Shown here: one piece after another, positions 19,452 to 29,275 of the stretch
How the letters are laid out: each line of letters begins with the position of its first letter
How positions within the stretch are numbered: position 1 is the first letter of the stretch
Assembly: GCA_965365985.1 (NCBI GenBank)
Contig: CBDUDQ010000001.1
Coordinates: forward strand, 1 to 59,024
Reading direction: 5' to 3'
DNA: 59,024 nucleotides
DNA from: an uncultured Erysipelothrix sp.
Lineage (GTDB): Bacteria; Bacillota_I; Bacilli_A; Erysipelotrichales; Erysipelotrichaceae
Position numbers and translations under genes: made by a program
Notes under the pieces: generated by a model
Databases searched by the model: none
Told to the model about the DNA's origin: nothing
The model's input: the letters and a program-made list of their open reading frames with translations, nothing else

Positions 19452-20380
19452 TGCAAGTCATCAAAATTGATCCGCTAAATTTAAAGCTAGAAGAATTAAA
19501 ACCAATCGCAGCTTGTATTGGTTATTTTGATGGCTTACATTTAGGCCACCAAACACTTTTTAACGAAACATTTAAAATCGCTAAAGAAAAAAACACTTCT
19601 TCTGCTCTCATTACGTTTGAACCAGATCCATGGATGGTTTTAAATGATAAATCAAAAGTTAAACATATCACACCACTGAAAACAAAAATACAAATTGCTG
19701 CAGATATGGGATTCGATTGTTTTCTTATATTAAATTTCACAAAAGAATTTTCTAAGTTCTCTCCTGAAGACTTTATCGATCTAATTCTAAATAAAGTCCA
19801 TTTGAAATATTTAGTATGTGGCAGTGATTTTAAGTTTGCTTATAAAGGTCAAGGAAATGTTGAATTTTTACAAGCTTATGACAATAAAGATTTCGAAGTC
19901 CATGCCATCGAAATTAATACTCTTGATTCTGAAAAAATAGGCACCACCAAAATTACTCAATTAATTTTAAATGGAGAAATTGAACAGGCCAATAAAATGC
20001 TTGGAAGAGCCTATGAAATCTCAGGTGAAGTTATTCATGGAAAGAAACAAGGAAGGAAAATTGGGTTTCCTACCGCAAATATGGAGCTCAGTTCTGAACT
20101 CATCATTCCAAAAAAAGGTATATATGCAGGCTATACCTTTATTAATGGAGAAAAATACCAATCGGTACTGAACATAGGATACAACCCCACATTCAATACC
20201 AATGATTATTTAAGTGTCGAGGTTTTTATTTTAGATTTTGAAGGTGATTTATATGGTCAGAATTTAAAACAAACATTTTGCTATCGTTTAAGAGATGAGC
20301 TTAAGTTTAATAGTGTTGATTCACTCATCGAGCAAATGAATCAAGATGTATTGAATGCTAGAATTCTTTTGAAAGGATGA
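19451..20380 (+). CDS. ribF: Bifunctional riboflavin kinase/FAD synthetase
   Basis: GYFDGLHLGH, GSDFKF, GRKIGFPTAN, LRDELKF. Start is either 19445 or 19451. Confidence 0.97.
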   Translation: MQVIKIDPLNLKLEELKPIAACIGYFDGLHLGHQTLFNETFKIAKEKNTSSALITFEPDPWMVLNDKSKVKHITPLKTKIQIAADMGFDCFLILNFTKEFSKFSPEDFIDLILNKVHLKYLVCGSDFKFAYKGQGNVEFLQAYDNKDFEVHAIEINTLDSEKIGTTKITQLILNGEIEQANKMLGRAYEISGEVIHGKKQGRKIGFPTANMELSSELIIPKKGIYAGYTFINGEKYQSVLNIGYNPTFNTNDYLSVEVFILDFEGDLYGQNLKQTFCYRLRDELKFNSVDSLIEQMNQDVLNARILLKG

Positions 20381-21078
20381 ATGAATTGAGTACACAATCA
20401 ATTGCTTTAAGATTATTTTTATCTATGATTTTTTCTGCAGTGATAGGCTTAGAACGAGAGAAAAATCATTCTAATGCTGGTTTGAAAACACATACTATAG
20501 TTGGGATTTCTGCCACAATCATCGCTTTAATACAGTCTCAAATAATTATACATACACTTGATCTTGCAAGATCAGGACTGGACATCAATGCTGTTATTCG
20601 AAGTGACCCAGCCCGATTAATTACAGGTGTTGTTTCGGGAATTGGATTTTTAGGTGCAGGTACGATAGTTGTTACCAAAAGAAATGTTTCAGGTCTCACC
20701 ACTGCTGCTTCTATTTGGTCTGTCGCAGCGATTGGCTTGGCAACTGGAATGGGTTATCTTGAAATAGCAATTTTAGGATTCATATTTCTTCTGATTACTT
20801 TACTCATTCTTAAACGTTTCTCAAGTTTAAATGCACCTCAAAGGATTATTATTAAATATTTAGGTGGACCTGTAGTTAGAGATGAAGTGCTTGATGTATT
20901 TAAAAAGCTTAATTTTAAAGCAAATGCACAAAAGTATGATATAGAATTACACCATGATGAAAGAGTTTTTGTGAGTGTATTTGAAATTGCTAATTTTAAT
21001 GATGATGATTTTTCTGCATTAGTTGATGACCTGACAAAAAACAATTCTATTGTGTCAGTACAAACCACGAATATTTAA
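20377..21078 (+). CDS. MgtC/SapB family membrane protein
   Basis: IGLERE...AGLKTH, DPARL..VVSGIGFLGAG, GLTTAASIW; C-terminal ACT-like domain. Confidence 0.93.
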   Translation: MNELSTQSIALRLFLSMIFSAVIGLEREKNHSNAGLKTHTIVGISATIIALIQSQIIIHTLDLARSGLDINAVIRSDPARLITGVVSGIGFLGAGTIVVTKRNVSGLTTAASIWSVAAIGLATGMGYLEIAILGFIFLLITLLILKRFSSLNAPQRIIIKYLGGPVVRDEVLDVFKKLNFKANAQKYDIELHHDERVFVSVFEIANFNDDDFSALVDDLTKNNSIVSVQTTNI

Positions 21079-21087
21079 TAGGGGAGA

Positions 21088-21543
21088 ATGTCTATGTTAT
21101 CTAAAAGATCTGTTGTTTCAAACTTAAAAAAGAATGTTAATGAATTTGTCAAAGGTGATCTCATTAATTTTATTTTAATCAATCAGGATATTAAGTTTTC
21201 TGATCTTGCTTTCGTTCTTGATTTAGAAAGTTTGACCTTGTCTTTCTCTTTGAATACGCAGTTTGATTTTGAAAAAACTAAATTAATTTATGGAAGCGAA
21301 ATTGATTTAAGTATAAATCATCCTAAATATTGGCATTACCAGGATGTATCAATTTGTGATGTGATTAATGAAGAACATTATGAAACTTATTTCTTAGGTA
21401 GAGAATTCGAACTTTTAACAATCATTAAAACTCAAATATCTTTATTCACCAGTGGAAGAATGTATCGAAAGCTTCCAAAGGATAAGTCTTTTTCAATGAG
21501 TCTTTTGCTATTGGAACCTTATACCAAATATATATTAGTTTAG
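21088..21543 (+). CDS. Hypothetical protein (weak DUF4303-like pattern)
   Basis: 151-aa ORF with a GGGGAG SD that fills the gap in the co-oriented run; no confident family. Confidence 0.7.
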   Translation: MSMLSKRSVVSNLKKNVNEFVKGDLINFILINQDIKFSDLAFVLDLESLTLSFSLNTQFDFEKTKLIYGSEIDLSINHPKYWHYQDVSICDVINEEHYETYFLGREFELLTIIKTQISLFTSGRMYRKLPKDKSFSMSLLLLEPYTKYILV

Positions 21544-21573
21544 GCTGATTTACTTTTGTTTCGTTTTTTTTTC

Positions 21574-21582
21574 TGTTATAAT
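21574..21582 (+). promoter_or_regulatory. Extended -10 promoter upstream of the asp23-nusB run
   Basis: TG-t-TATAAT about 20 bp before the ATG at 21603. Confidence 0.6.
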
Positions 21583-21602
21583 AAAGCAAGTAGGTGATAA
21601 AT

Positions 21603-21929
21603 ATGTCAAATGAAAATGTATTAATTCAAGGTGAAAACGTTGGCTTAGGCCAAATCGTTGTCGCAAACAGTGTTGTCCACCATATTGTAATGATCGCTGT
21701 GGATGAAAGTGATTATGTATTTTTAGATGAGCCAGTGAAAAAATCACTTGTTATCAAAAATACAGGTAAAAATCTTAATATAGATTTAAAAGTCAGAATT
21801 CAATATGGAAAAGATGTTGAACGTACTTGTGCAAAATTGCAAGAAGAACTACAAAGAAATATTGAATTGATGATCGATTATCCGGACACAATAATTAATA
21901 TTACAGTGGTTGGTTTTAAATTTAAGTAG
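21603..21929 (+). CDS. Asp23/Gls24 family protein (YqhY-like)
   Basis: LGQIVVA...IDLKVRIQYG...INITVVG pattern; canonical position before nusB; AGGTGA SD. Confidence 0.85.
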   Translation: MSNENVLIQGENVGLGQIVVANSVVHHIVMIAVDESDYVFLDEPVKKSLVIKNTGKNLNIDLKVRIQYGKDVERTCAKLQEELQRNIELMIDYPDTIINITVVGFKFK

Positions 21930-21950
21930 AAGCAGACATCTGCTTCTTTT
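21928..21950 (+). terminator. Terminator-like hairpin between asp23 and nusB
   Basis: agaagcag-acat-ctgcttct followed by ttt. Confidence 0.5.
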
Positions 21951-21967
21951 AGTGTGGAGGATACATT

Positions 21968-22366
21968 ATGTCACGTTATAATGAAAGAAAAAATGCAATG
22001 ATTGCTGTATACATGTTCTTATTAAATCAACAAAGTATGGCAGAAATTATAGAAGATAATAAATTTATCGCGTCTGTAAGTGAATTTATTGAACCATTTG
22101 ATTTAAAAGATGAGATGCTAGAGGCTGTCAGCCGTGTTGAAACTCGTTTTGACATCTATGTTAGAGCAATGGATCAAACTTTGGATAAATGGCGTTTTGA
22201 ACGTTTGGGTTACATTGAACAAGCTATTTTATTGTTGGCCTGTGCTGAACTCGAGATGGGTTATCAAGACAGAGTAATTATCGTAAACGAAGCCATTCGT
22301 CTATCTAAAGAATTTTGTGATTATGACTCATTTAAATTGGTCAATGGCGTATTAGATGCCATATGA
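21968..22366 (+). CDS. nusB: Transcription antitermination factor NusB
   Basis: MSR..R..A, WRFERLGYIEQAIL, IIVNEAI.L.K.F, VNGVLD. Confidence 0.95.
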   Translation: MSRYNERKNAMIAVYMFLLNQQSMAEIIEDNKFIASVSEFIEPFDLKDEMLEAVSRVETRFDIYVRAMDQTLDKWRFERLGYIEQAILLLACAELEMGYQDRVIIVNEAIRLSKEFCDYDSFKLVNGVLDAI

Positions 22367-23694
22367 TCAAAGCAATATCTGTCAGTGAATTTGTTGCTAA
22401 TTTAAAACAAGTCATCGATTCAGATGAATCTTTTCAAAATGTCGCACTTGTGGGTGAGTTGTCTAATTTCAACGCACACCGAAGTGGACATTTTTATTTT
22501 ACCCTAAAGGATAAAAATAGCAGAATTTCATGTGTCATGTTTAAGTTTAGATCAAGTTCTGTCATATTTAAACCCAAAGATGGAGACCAAGTCATCATCG
22601 TCGGCAAATTAAGTGTTTTTGAATCCAGTGGTTCAGTTCAAATTTATGCGGATAAGATGATGCTTGATGGTTTGGGTGATTTACATGTTCAATTTGAACG
22701 TCTAAAAAAAGAATATTTGGATAAAGGATATTTTAATATAGAGCACAAATTGCCATTTCCTAATTATCCGCAAAATATCGCAGTCATTACTGGTCCCAAT
22801 TCTGCTGCATATGCTGATATACACCGAACATTAAATGAAAGATGGCCTGTTGCACAAATTCAAGATTTCCTCTCAGCGGTTCAAGGTGTCGAATCCGCGC
22901 CAATGCTTGTAAAACAAATCCAAGAAGCAAACAAGGCGGGGGTCGATCTCATCATTCTGGCAAGAGGCGGGGGTTCAATTGAAGACTTGTGGTCATTTAA
23001 TGATCCTAAAGTTATTGATGCAGTGTTTAACTCTAATGTCCCTATAGTGAGTGGTGTGGGCCACGAATCAGACACAACACTTGTTGACTATGTAAGTGAT
23101 TATAGAGCAGCAACACCTACTGCCGCGGCTGTACACGTAACTCCGGACCAGAATGAACTCAAAAAAGAACTTCAAAAATATAAAAATAAGATATATCTAT
23201 CAATGATTCAACATTATAGAACAGAAAAAGAACGTTTAAACAATACCTTAAAGAGTTCATATTTGGGAAACCCATTAGAATACATTAATCTTAAGATTCA
23301 AAAGCTGGATTATTTGCAAAATAGGATTACTTATCATATTAATCGATTCGATCTTTATAAAAAAGATATGCATCAATTTGAACTTAGAACCAGCATGATT
23401 CTGTTAAACAGATTGGAACTTGAAAAAAGACAAGTGTCACTTTTAGAACAACGTTTGTATGATGGTTTGTTGGGGACCCTTAACTTGAAAAAGAGAGAAT
23501 TTACAGATATAATTAAGTTATTGAATTTACTATCGCCTTTAGAAATTATGTCTAGAGGCTACACTTTATCATATAAGGATGGCATTTTAATTAAAACGAT
23601 AGAAAACATAGAAATAGATGATTTATTAGAAATAAAATATAAAGATGGATCTTTATTAACACGGGTTGAAAAGAGGAAACCAGATGAAAAATGA
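22363..23694 (+). CDS. xseA: Exodeoxyribonuclease VII large subunit
   Basis: GELSNF..H.SGHFYFTLKD, ARGGGSIEDLWSFN, SGVGHESD, ATPTAAA. Confidence 0.97.
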   Translation: MIKAISVSEFVANLKQVIDSDESFQNVALVGELSNFNAHRSGHFYFTLKDKNSRISCVMFKFRSSSVIFKPKDGDQVIIVGKLSVFESSGSVQIYADKMMLDGLGDLHVQFERLKKEYLDKGYFNIEHKLPFPNYPQNIAVITGPNSAAYADIHRTLNERWPVAQIQDFLSAVQGVESAPMLVKQIQEANKAGVDLIILARGGGSIEDLWSFNDPKVIDAVFNSNVPIVSGVGHESDTTLVDYVSDYRAATPTAAAVHVTPDQNELKKELQKYKNKIYLSMIQHYRTEKERLNNTLKSSYLGNPLEYINLKIQKLDYLQNRITYHINRFDLYKKDMHQFELRTSMILLNRLELEKRQVSLLEQRLYDGLLGTLNLKKREFTDIIKLLNLLSPLEIMSRGYTLSYKDGILIKTIENIEIDDLLEIKYKDGSLLTRVEKRKPDEK

Positions 23695-23893
23695 ATTTAA
23701 TTTTGACGAAGCGATGTCTCGTTTGACACTCATCGCTGATGCATTAGAAAAGGATGATATTGCACTGGACAAAGCAATATTACTTTTTGAAGAAGGATTG
23801 GATTTATCGAAAAAATGTCAAGATCAACTTGGTGTTTACGAAGAAAAAGTAAAAACCTTGGTACAGAAACACTCAGGTCAAAGCAATGATTAA
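23684..23893 (+). CDS. xseB: Exodeoxyribonuclease VII small subunit
   Basis: FDEAMSRL..I...LE...L......FEEG pattern; ATG at 23684 follows a GAGG SD. Confidence 0.93.
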   Translation: MKNEFNFDEAMSRLTLIADALEKDDIALDKAILLFEEGLDLSKKCQDQLGVYEEKVKTLVQKHSGQSND

Positions 23894-24707
23894 GCTTATT
23901 GAAGATGGGATTGAATCAGCACTAAGCAATTATCAAGGCATTGTTAAAGATGCGATGGCTTACTCAATTAATTCTAATGGTAAGCGTACTCGACCTAAAA
24001 TGCTCCTATCTTTATTAAACGATTTGGGTGGAAATGTTGAAGAAGGAATCCATGCTGCAGTTGCACTCGAAATGGTACATACTTATTCTCTTGTGCATGA
24101 TGATTTACCTGCCATGGATAACGATGATTTTAGACGACATAAACCAACAAATCATAAAGTTTACGGAGAAAACATGGCTATTTTAGCTGGTGATGGTTTG
24201 CTAAGTGCAAGTATGAATGAGTTGATTAAGTCAAAATTAGATCCAAAGATCGTGGTTGCTTTAGTTGAAGTTTTGAGCAGACATGCTGGTGCTCAAGGCA
24301 TGATACTAGGCCAGGAAATTGACATTCAAAATGATTTCCACTCATTCGAGGAATTGACAAAATCTTACCAATTAAAAACTGGTTGTTTATTTGCTGCTGC
24401 ATTAGAAATGGCTGTGCTTATTGCTGGAAGACCACAATTACAAAACTCAATGAGAGATTTAGCCTATAAAATTGGTATCGCATTTCAGTATCAAGATGAT
24501 ATTTTAGAAATAGAAAACGGATTTGAATTAATGGGTAAATCAGGAGACTCAGATACCCTTAAGGATAAAAAAACAATCGTTAGTTTTCTTGGAATCGATG
24601 AAGCAAACAAACTTACCAAAGACATGTTTGATGATTTCTCAATAGAACTTGAAAAGTATCCAAGCTTAAAACTCTTACTCAATGAACTCTTAAATCGAAA
24701 ATTCTAG
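23886..24707 (+). CDS. ispA: Farnesyl/geranylgeranyl diphosphate synthase
   Basis: GKRTRP, first Asp-rich motif HDDLPAMDNDDFRR, GQEID, KTG, second Asp-rich motif QDDILE. Confidence 0.95.
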   Translation: MIKLIEDGIESALSNYQGIVKDAMAYSINSNGKRTRPKMLLSLLNDLGGNVEEGIHAAVALEMVHTYSLVHDDLPAMDNDDFRRHKPTNHKVYGENMAILAGDGLLSASMNELIKSKLDPKIVVALVEVLSRHAGAQGMILGQEIDIQNDFHSFEELTKSYQLKTGCLFAAALEMAVLIAGRPQLQNSMRDLAYKIGIAFQYQDDILEIENGFELMGKSGDSDTLKDKKTIVSFLGIDEANKLTKDMFDDFSIELEKYPSLKLLLNELLNRKF

Positions 24708-24716
24708 GGGGTACAA

Positions 24717-26459
24717 ATGAACACAGATCTCAGTATGATGAGTGTCAAAGAATTAGAAGTACTTTCAAATGAAATCGCTGTATTTTTAAGTGAGAAAACA
24801 GCGGTAGATGTAGAAACAATCATGAGAAACATATCTGTCCTTGAAATTACCTTGGCGTTGCACAAGGTTTTTGATATTGGTAAAGATGCACTTATTTTTG
24901 ATGATGGAAAACAAAGTCTGGTACATCAAATCATTACAGGTCGATCAAACCAACTTAAATTACGTTCAAAAACTAATATGTACTTGGATAGCTCTCATAA
25001 ATCAGACTTTTATCAAGGTGGAAAAATTGGTGAGGGATTGGCTTTTGGTTTAGCTCATGCACTTTTAAATGAACACAGTACTTTCGTAGTTTTGGATGAT
25101 TATTCTTTAAATTACGGTACGACTTATGAAGCTTTATTACAAATATCAAAGTTAAAACCTGATTTAGTGATTGTTCTTATTGATGAACAACAATCATTAC
25201 TGCGTCATTATAGTACAATGGATACCGCAATCAAGTCTGTTAGGATTTCTAAAGTTTATACGGAACTTAAAAAAGACATGAAGTTTGTTCTGGATTCTAA
25301 TCCATTATCCAGACCCATTTTGTCGACTTTATCTAGAGTACGCGACGTCTTAAAAGAAACAGTTTTAGAACCCACGATATTCACCCAGTTTGGCATCGAT
25401 TACCATGGACCTATTGACGGACAAAATTTAAATGATTTAACAAAAATATTTGAACTGTCAAAAAAATTCCAAGGTCCTAATATTATTCATGTTCAAACAA
25501 GGGTAAAAGAAAAGAAACAAAGAAAATTAGTGTTTCCTGCATTTAAAACAGATTCTGATAGACCAGAATCATACGCAGATTATATAGAAACTTTAGACTC
25601 AGTCTTATCATTGCATGATGACATCATTTTAATAAATGATGCCCATTTAACATCTGATCAATACAAAGAATTTATGTTTTTATATCCTGATCAATATCAT
25701 ACAACTTCAGGTTCTGTACAAATCATGGTATCAATGATATCTGCTCTTATTAGAAACGGTAAGAAGGGTGTAATTTCTCTATCATCTCGTTTGGCCCCTG
25801 ACATATTGATGCCTTTAAATAATCAATTTGATCTAAAAAATTTGCCAATCACGGTTATCATTCGAGATTGTGGTTTATCAAGCTCTAAAGATCCTATGAA
25901 TCATGGCATCCATGATTTTGTTTTAGCCAACAATTCACCTAATATTTCGATCGTTATGGGGAAAGATATGAATGAAGCAGCTTATCTTTTAGAAGAAGCA
26001 TTAAACTCTCAAACTTTAACAATTCTTCGAATCCCTAATGCTTCAGAAAAAATAAACATTGAACAGCTCAATTCTAAAGATATTTGGGATGAAATCATTC
26101 CAGTTAAAAAGGATTCAAAAGGGGTCATTATCAGTTTTGGACCTTCTATCAAACAATTCCAAAGAAAAATTGAGATTAACGATTTGGATATCTCTTTAAT
26201 TAATGCTAGATCTGTTAATACAGTGGATGACATCATTCTAAAAAAAATATATGATTACAAGCTTGATGTGCTTATTTATAATTGTGAAGGGCGATTTGAT
26301 TTACTTTCACATAGCATATTTAAGTTCTTTGCTCATCACGGTATGAGTTTAAATATTAAAGTATTAAATATAGAAACAGTTGATTTAGAATATGCTTCTA
26401 AAGATTTAAAAAATGCATTCCATTTAGGTGTGGATGATGCACTAAAGTATTTCACCTAA
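24717..26459 (+). CDS. DXS (1-deoxy-D-xylulose-5-phosphate synthase)-like protein, catalytically degenerate
   Basis: DXS-length ORF in the dxs position after ispA with scaffold motifs EITLALHKVF, ITGR, YEAL, FGIDYHGPIDG, INAR. ThDP-binding and catalytic motifs are substituted. Confidence 0.85.
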   Translation: MNTDLSMMSVKELEVLSNEIAVFLSEKTAVDVETIMRNISVLEITLALHKVFDIGKDALIFDDGKQSLVHQIITGRSNQLKLRSKTNMYLDSSHKSDFYQGGKIGEGLAFGLAHALLNEHSTFVVLDDYSLNYGTTYEALLQISKLKPDLVIVLIDEQQSLLRHYSTMDTAIKSVRISKVYTELKKDMKFVLDSNPLSRPILSTLSRVRDVLKETVLEPTIFTQFGIDYHGPIDGQNLNDLTKIFELSKKFQGPNIIHVQTRVKEKKQRKLVFPAFKTDSDRPESYADYIETLDSVLSLHDDIILINDAHLTSDQYKEFMFLYPDQYHTTSGSVQIMVSMISALIRNGKKGVISLSSRLAPDILMPLNNQFDLKNLPITVIIRDCGLSSSKDPMNHGIHDFVLANNSPNISIVMGKDMNEAAYLLEEALNSQTLTILRIPNASEKINIEQLNSKDIWDEIIPVKKDSKGVIISFGPSIKQFQRKIEINDLDISLINARSVNTVDDIILKKIYDYKLDVLIYNCEGRFDLLSHSIFKFFAHHGMSLNIKVLNIETVDLEYASKDLKNAFHLGVDDALKYFT

Positions 26460-26477
26460 ACGAAGAGAGGTACTCAC

Positions 26478-28112
26478 ATGATAAACAACATCCATATTCA
26501 TAACTTCGTCTTAATCAAAGATATTTTTATTGAACTTTCTGATCAATTTAATGTTTTTACTGGAGAAACAGGGGCTGGTAAATCACTGCTGGTCGATGCG
26601 CTTAATTTTGTGAGTGGGGGTCGCAGCTCTGCAAAAATAGTAGGACCTCATGATTCTAAAGCCCGCGTAGAAATTAGCTTCAGCTTACCTCAAGATAAAC
26701 CAATCATAATTGAATTAATCGAGCAAGGATACATTGAACCTGATGATCAGGTCATCATCTCTCGTGAGATGTTCAGTGATGGCAAAAATATGTGTCGGTT
26801 TAATGGTAGAAGTGTTACTTTATCTTTTGTGAGAACTTTTGTTGAGAGTGTTTTAGATGTTCACTCACAGCACGAAACCCAATACCTATTAAAAGATAGC
26901 AACCATTTGGCTCTATTGGATTCTTTTATTAGTTTAGATCTAAGCCATTATCAAAATGAATATCGAATATACCTAGAATTTCAAAAAAAATATGAAAACT
27001 TAAAAGTTTCTAAATTTAGTGAATTGGCTATTAAAAAAGCGAAAGAGAACTTGGAGAGAATAGAGTCTCTTGATCCAAGCTTAGATGATTTTGAATCAAT
27101 TACTAAAGAAATTCAAACCTTAGAAAGATTTGATGAATTTAAACAAGCATTTAAAGAAATACACAAGCATATGAATGAAGGTTTGGGTGTTGTTGGAAAT
27201 CTATACGAAGTTAAAGAAATCATGCGTACTTTTGAGGATTCTCTATTAGAAACCGAAATTAATGATCTATATTTTCGTATTGAAGATCTCGAAAGAGATT
27301 TAAGATCAAGATCAAATGATTTATCTTTTGATGAATATGAGTTCAATGCGCTTCAAAATAGATCGATGGAGTATAATAAATTTATTAGACAATATGGCAG
27401 CATTGAAGAAACTCTTGAAGAAAAACAACATTTATTGACTACGATTCATCAGGCTGAAAATTTCGAAGAAGTTTTAGAAGATGCTTTATTAGCACTGAGC
27501 GCACAAAAGAAAATAGCTCAAGAAGCAGCAGCGGTTCTTCACCAAAAAAGAGACAAAGGAAGATTAGAACTTAATCTTCTGATAACCAGTGAATTAAAAG
27601 ATTTAATGTTGACACAAGCACAATTCAATATAAACCTTAGCAATAAAGATTTGGGTTCTACTGGTATGGACTCAGTTTATTTTGAAGTCAGCATGAATAA
27701 GGGTATGGCACTAGAACCTTTATCTGAAGTAGCGAGTGGCGGAGAGTTGAGCCGTCTGATGCTTGCTTTAAAAGTTATCTTCTCTCAAGTTCATGGTACT
27801 AATGTATTAGTATTTGACGAAATTGATACAGGAGTTTCTGGGCGAGTCGGTTTAATGATGGGTGCAAAAATGAAATCTTTGTCTAAAAAGGCACAAGTTT
27901 TAACCATTACCCATCTGCCATCAGTTGCGGTTTGTGCAGATTATCATTACCTCATATCAAAAGCTCACGGGGATGATCAAACGATCACATCGGTTACGCT
28001 AATAGATGGCCAAAAGAGAGTTGAACATTTGGCAATGATCATGAGTAGTTCAAATTCTGAAGCTTCCATGAAAGCTGCGGCAGAACTGCTTTTAGAAGGG
28101 CAGGCGATTTAG
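26478..28112 (+). CDS. recN: DNA repair protein RecN
   Basis: TGETGAGKS, HSQHE, ASGGELSRLMLA, FDEIDTGVSG, ITHLP. Confidence 0.97.
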   Translation: MINNIHIHNFVLIKDIFIELSDQFNVFTGETGAGKSLLVDALNFVSGGRSSAKIVGPHDSKARVEISFSLPQDKPIIIELIEQGYIEPDDQVIISREMFSDGKNMCRFNGRSVTLSFVRTFVESVLDVHSQHETQYLLKDSNHLALLDSFISLDLSHYQNEYRIYLEFQKKYENLKVSKFSELAIKKAKENLERIESLDPSLDDFESITKEIQTLERFDEFKQAFKEIHKHMNEGLGVVGNLYEVKEIMRTFEDSLLETEINDLYFRIEDLERDLRSRSNDLSFDEYEFNALQNRSMEYNKFIRQYGSIEETLEEKQHLLTTIHQAENFEEVLEDALLALSAQKKIAQEAAAVLHQKRDKGRLELNLLITSELKDLMLTQAQFNINLSNKDLGSTGMDSVYFEVSMNKGMALEPLSEVASGGELSRLMLALKVIFSQVHGTNVLVFDEIDTGVSGRVGLMMGAKMKSLSKKAQVLTITHLPSVAVCADYHYLISKAHGDDQTITSVTLIDGQKRVEHLAMIMSSSNSEASMKAAAELLLEGQAI

Positions 28113-29275
28113 TGGCAGTAATATTTCATATTGATATCAATGCTTTTTATGCTTCAGCACATATCTTATACCAACCAGAACTGGCAAATAAACCTTTGGT
28201 TGTTTGTTCCAATAGACGGGGTTCAGTTGTTACAACTGCATCATATGAAGCCCGTGCTTTTGGAATTGAGTCGGCAATGCCATTATCACAAGCTAAGAAA
28301 CTTTGTGATCACTTAGAAGTTGTTGACGTTGATTTCGAATTATATTCTGAGTTATCGGGTCGCTTTATTGACATCATCAGGACATTTTCACCTTATGTGC
28401 AGCAGGCAAGTATTGATGAGTGTTATGTCGATGTCACTCTGGCCATAAAACAGTTTGCAAAACCGCTTGATTTGGCCATCAAAATACAACAAGCGGTGCT
28501 TGAAGAATTGAGGCTTCCAATTTCTATAGGTGTTGCACCTAATAAGTTTCTCGCCAAAATGGCTTCAGATATGCGCAAACCTCAAGGGGTCACTGTGCTT
28601 AGGATACGTGAAGTCGAAGAAAAACTTTGGCCTCTTGATATCGCTCTTATGCACGGTGTAGGTCAAAAAACAGTTCCTAAATTGAGGGCATTATCCATCA
28701 ATACTATCGGTGATTTGGCCAGTAAAGATGCGTATAATCTAAAACATGTGTTGGGTAATAATTCTGAACGATTTATTGATAAAGCAAATGGGATTGATTT
28801 ATCTCCAATCGTACTGGATTCAGCAGCTAAGAGTGTAGGACAGTCAAAAACTTTTCCGCTTGGTATGAGTGAACTAGAGGAAATTATTCAAGCTTTAGAA
28901 ACTGAGATAAAAGAAGTATCGTCTCGATTAAAGAAAAATGATGTTGTGGGTCGTACAGTTTCTTTTTCAATTCGTTTGGAAAACTATCTTACAGCGACGC
29001 GTTCGGTGACGCTAGAAAATGCGACTTCAGATCCCAAAGAAATATTTGAGCGTGTCATGGACCTTTATGATGAGTTTGACGGGGTTTCTCCTGTTGTTTT
29101 CCTATCGGTCAGTATGAGTAATTTAATTGATAAAGAACAAGCTATTGAACAAATCAACATTTTCGAAGACAGCAACGCAAATACTATTAATGAAATGATC
29201 GCAACTTTAAATAAAAAGATTAAAGGTGGTAATTTTAAAACACCCCGAGATTTATTGAACGAAGGAAAATCGTGA
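28112..29275 (+). CDS. dinB: DNA polymerase IV (Y family)
   Basis: IFHIDINAFYAS, SYEAR.FG, SIDECY, NKFLAKMAS..KP.G; GTG start overlaps the recN stop. Confidence 0.96.
   Translation: MAVIFHIDINAFYASAHILYQPELANKPLVVCSNRRGSVVTTASYEARAFGIESAMPLSQAKKLCDHLEVVDVDFELYSELSGRFIDIIRTFSPYVQQASIDECYVDVTLAIKQFAKPLDLAIKIQQAVLEELRLPISIGVAPNKFLAKMASDMRKPQGVTVLRIREVEEKLWPLDIALMHGVGQKTVPKLRALSINTIGDLASKDAYNLKHVLGNNSERFIDKANGIDLSPIVLDSAAKSVGQSKTFPLGMSELEEIIQALETEIKEVSSRLKKNDVVGRTVSFSIRLENYLTATRSVTLENATSDPKEIFERVMDLYDEFDGVSPVVFLSVSMSNLIDKEQAIEQINIFEDSNANTINEMIATLNKKIKGGNFKTPRDLLNEGKS

Noticed and set aside
24717..26459. Calling the dxs-like gene a pseudogene or a functional dxs
   Set aside because: It has no stops or frameshifts, so it is not a classical pseudogene. 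The catalytic motifs are missing, so the dxs symbol is unsupported.
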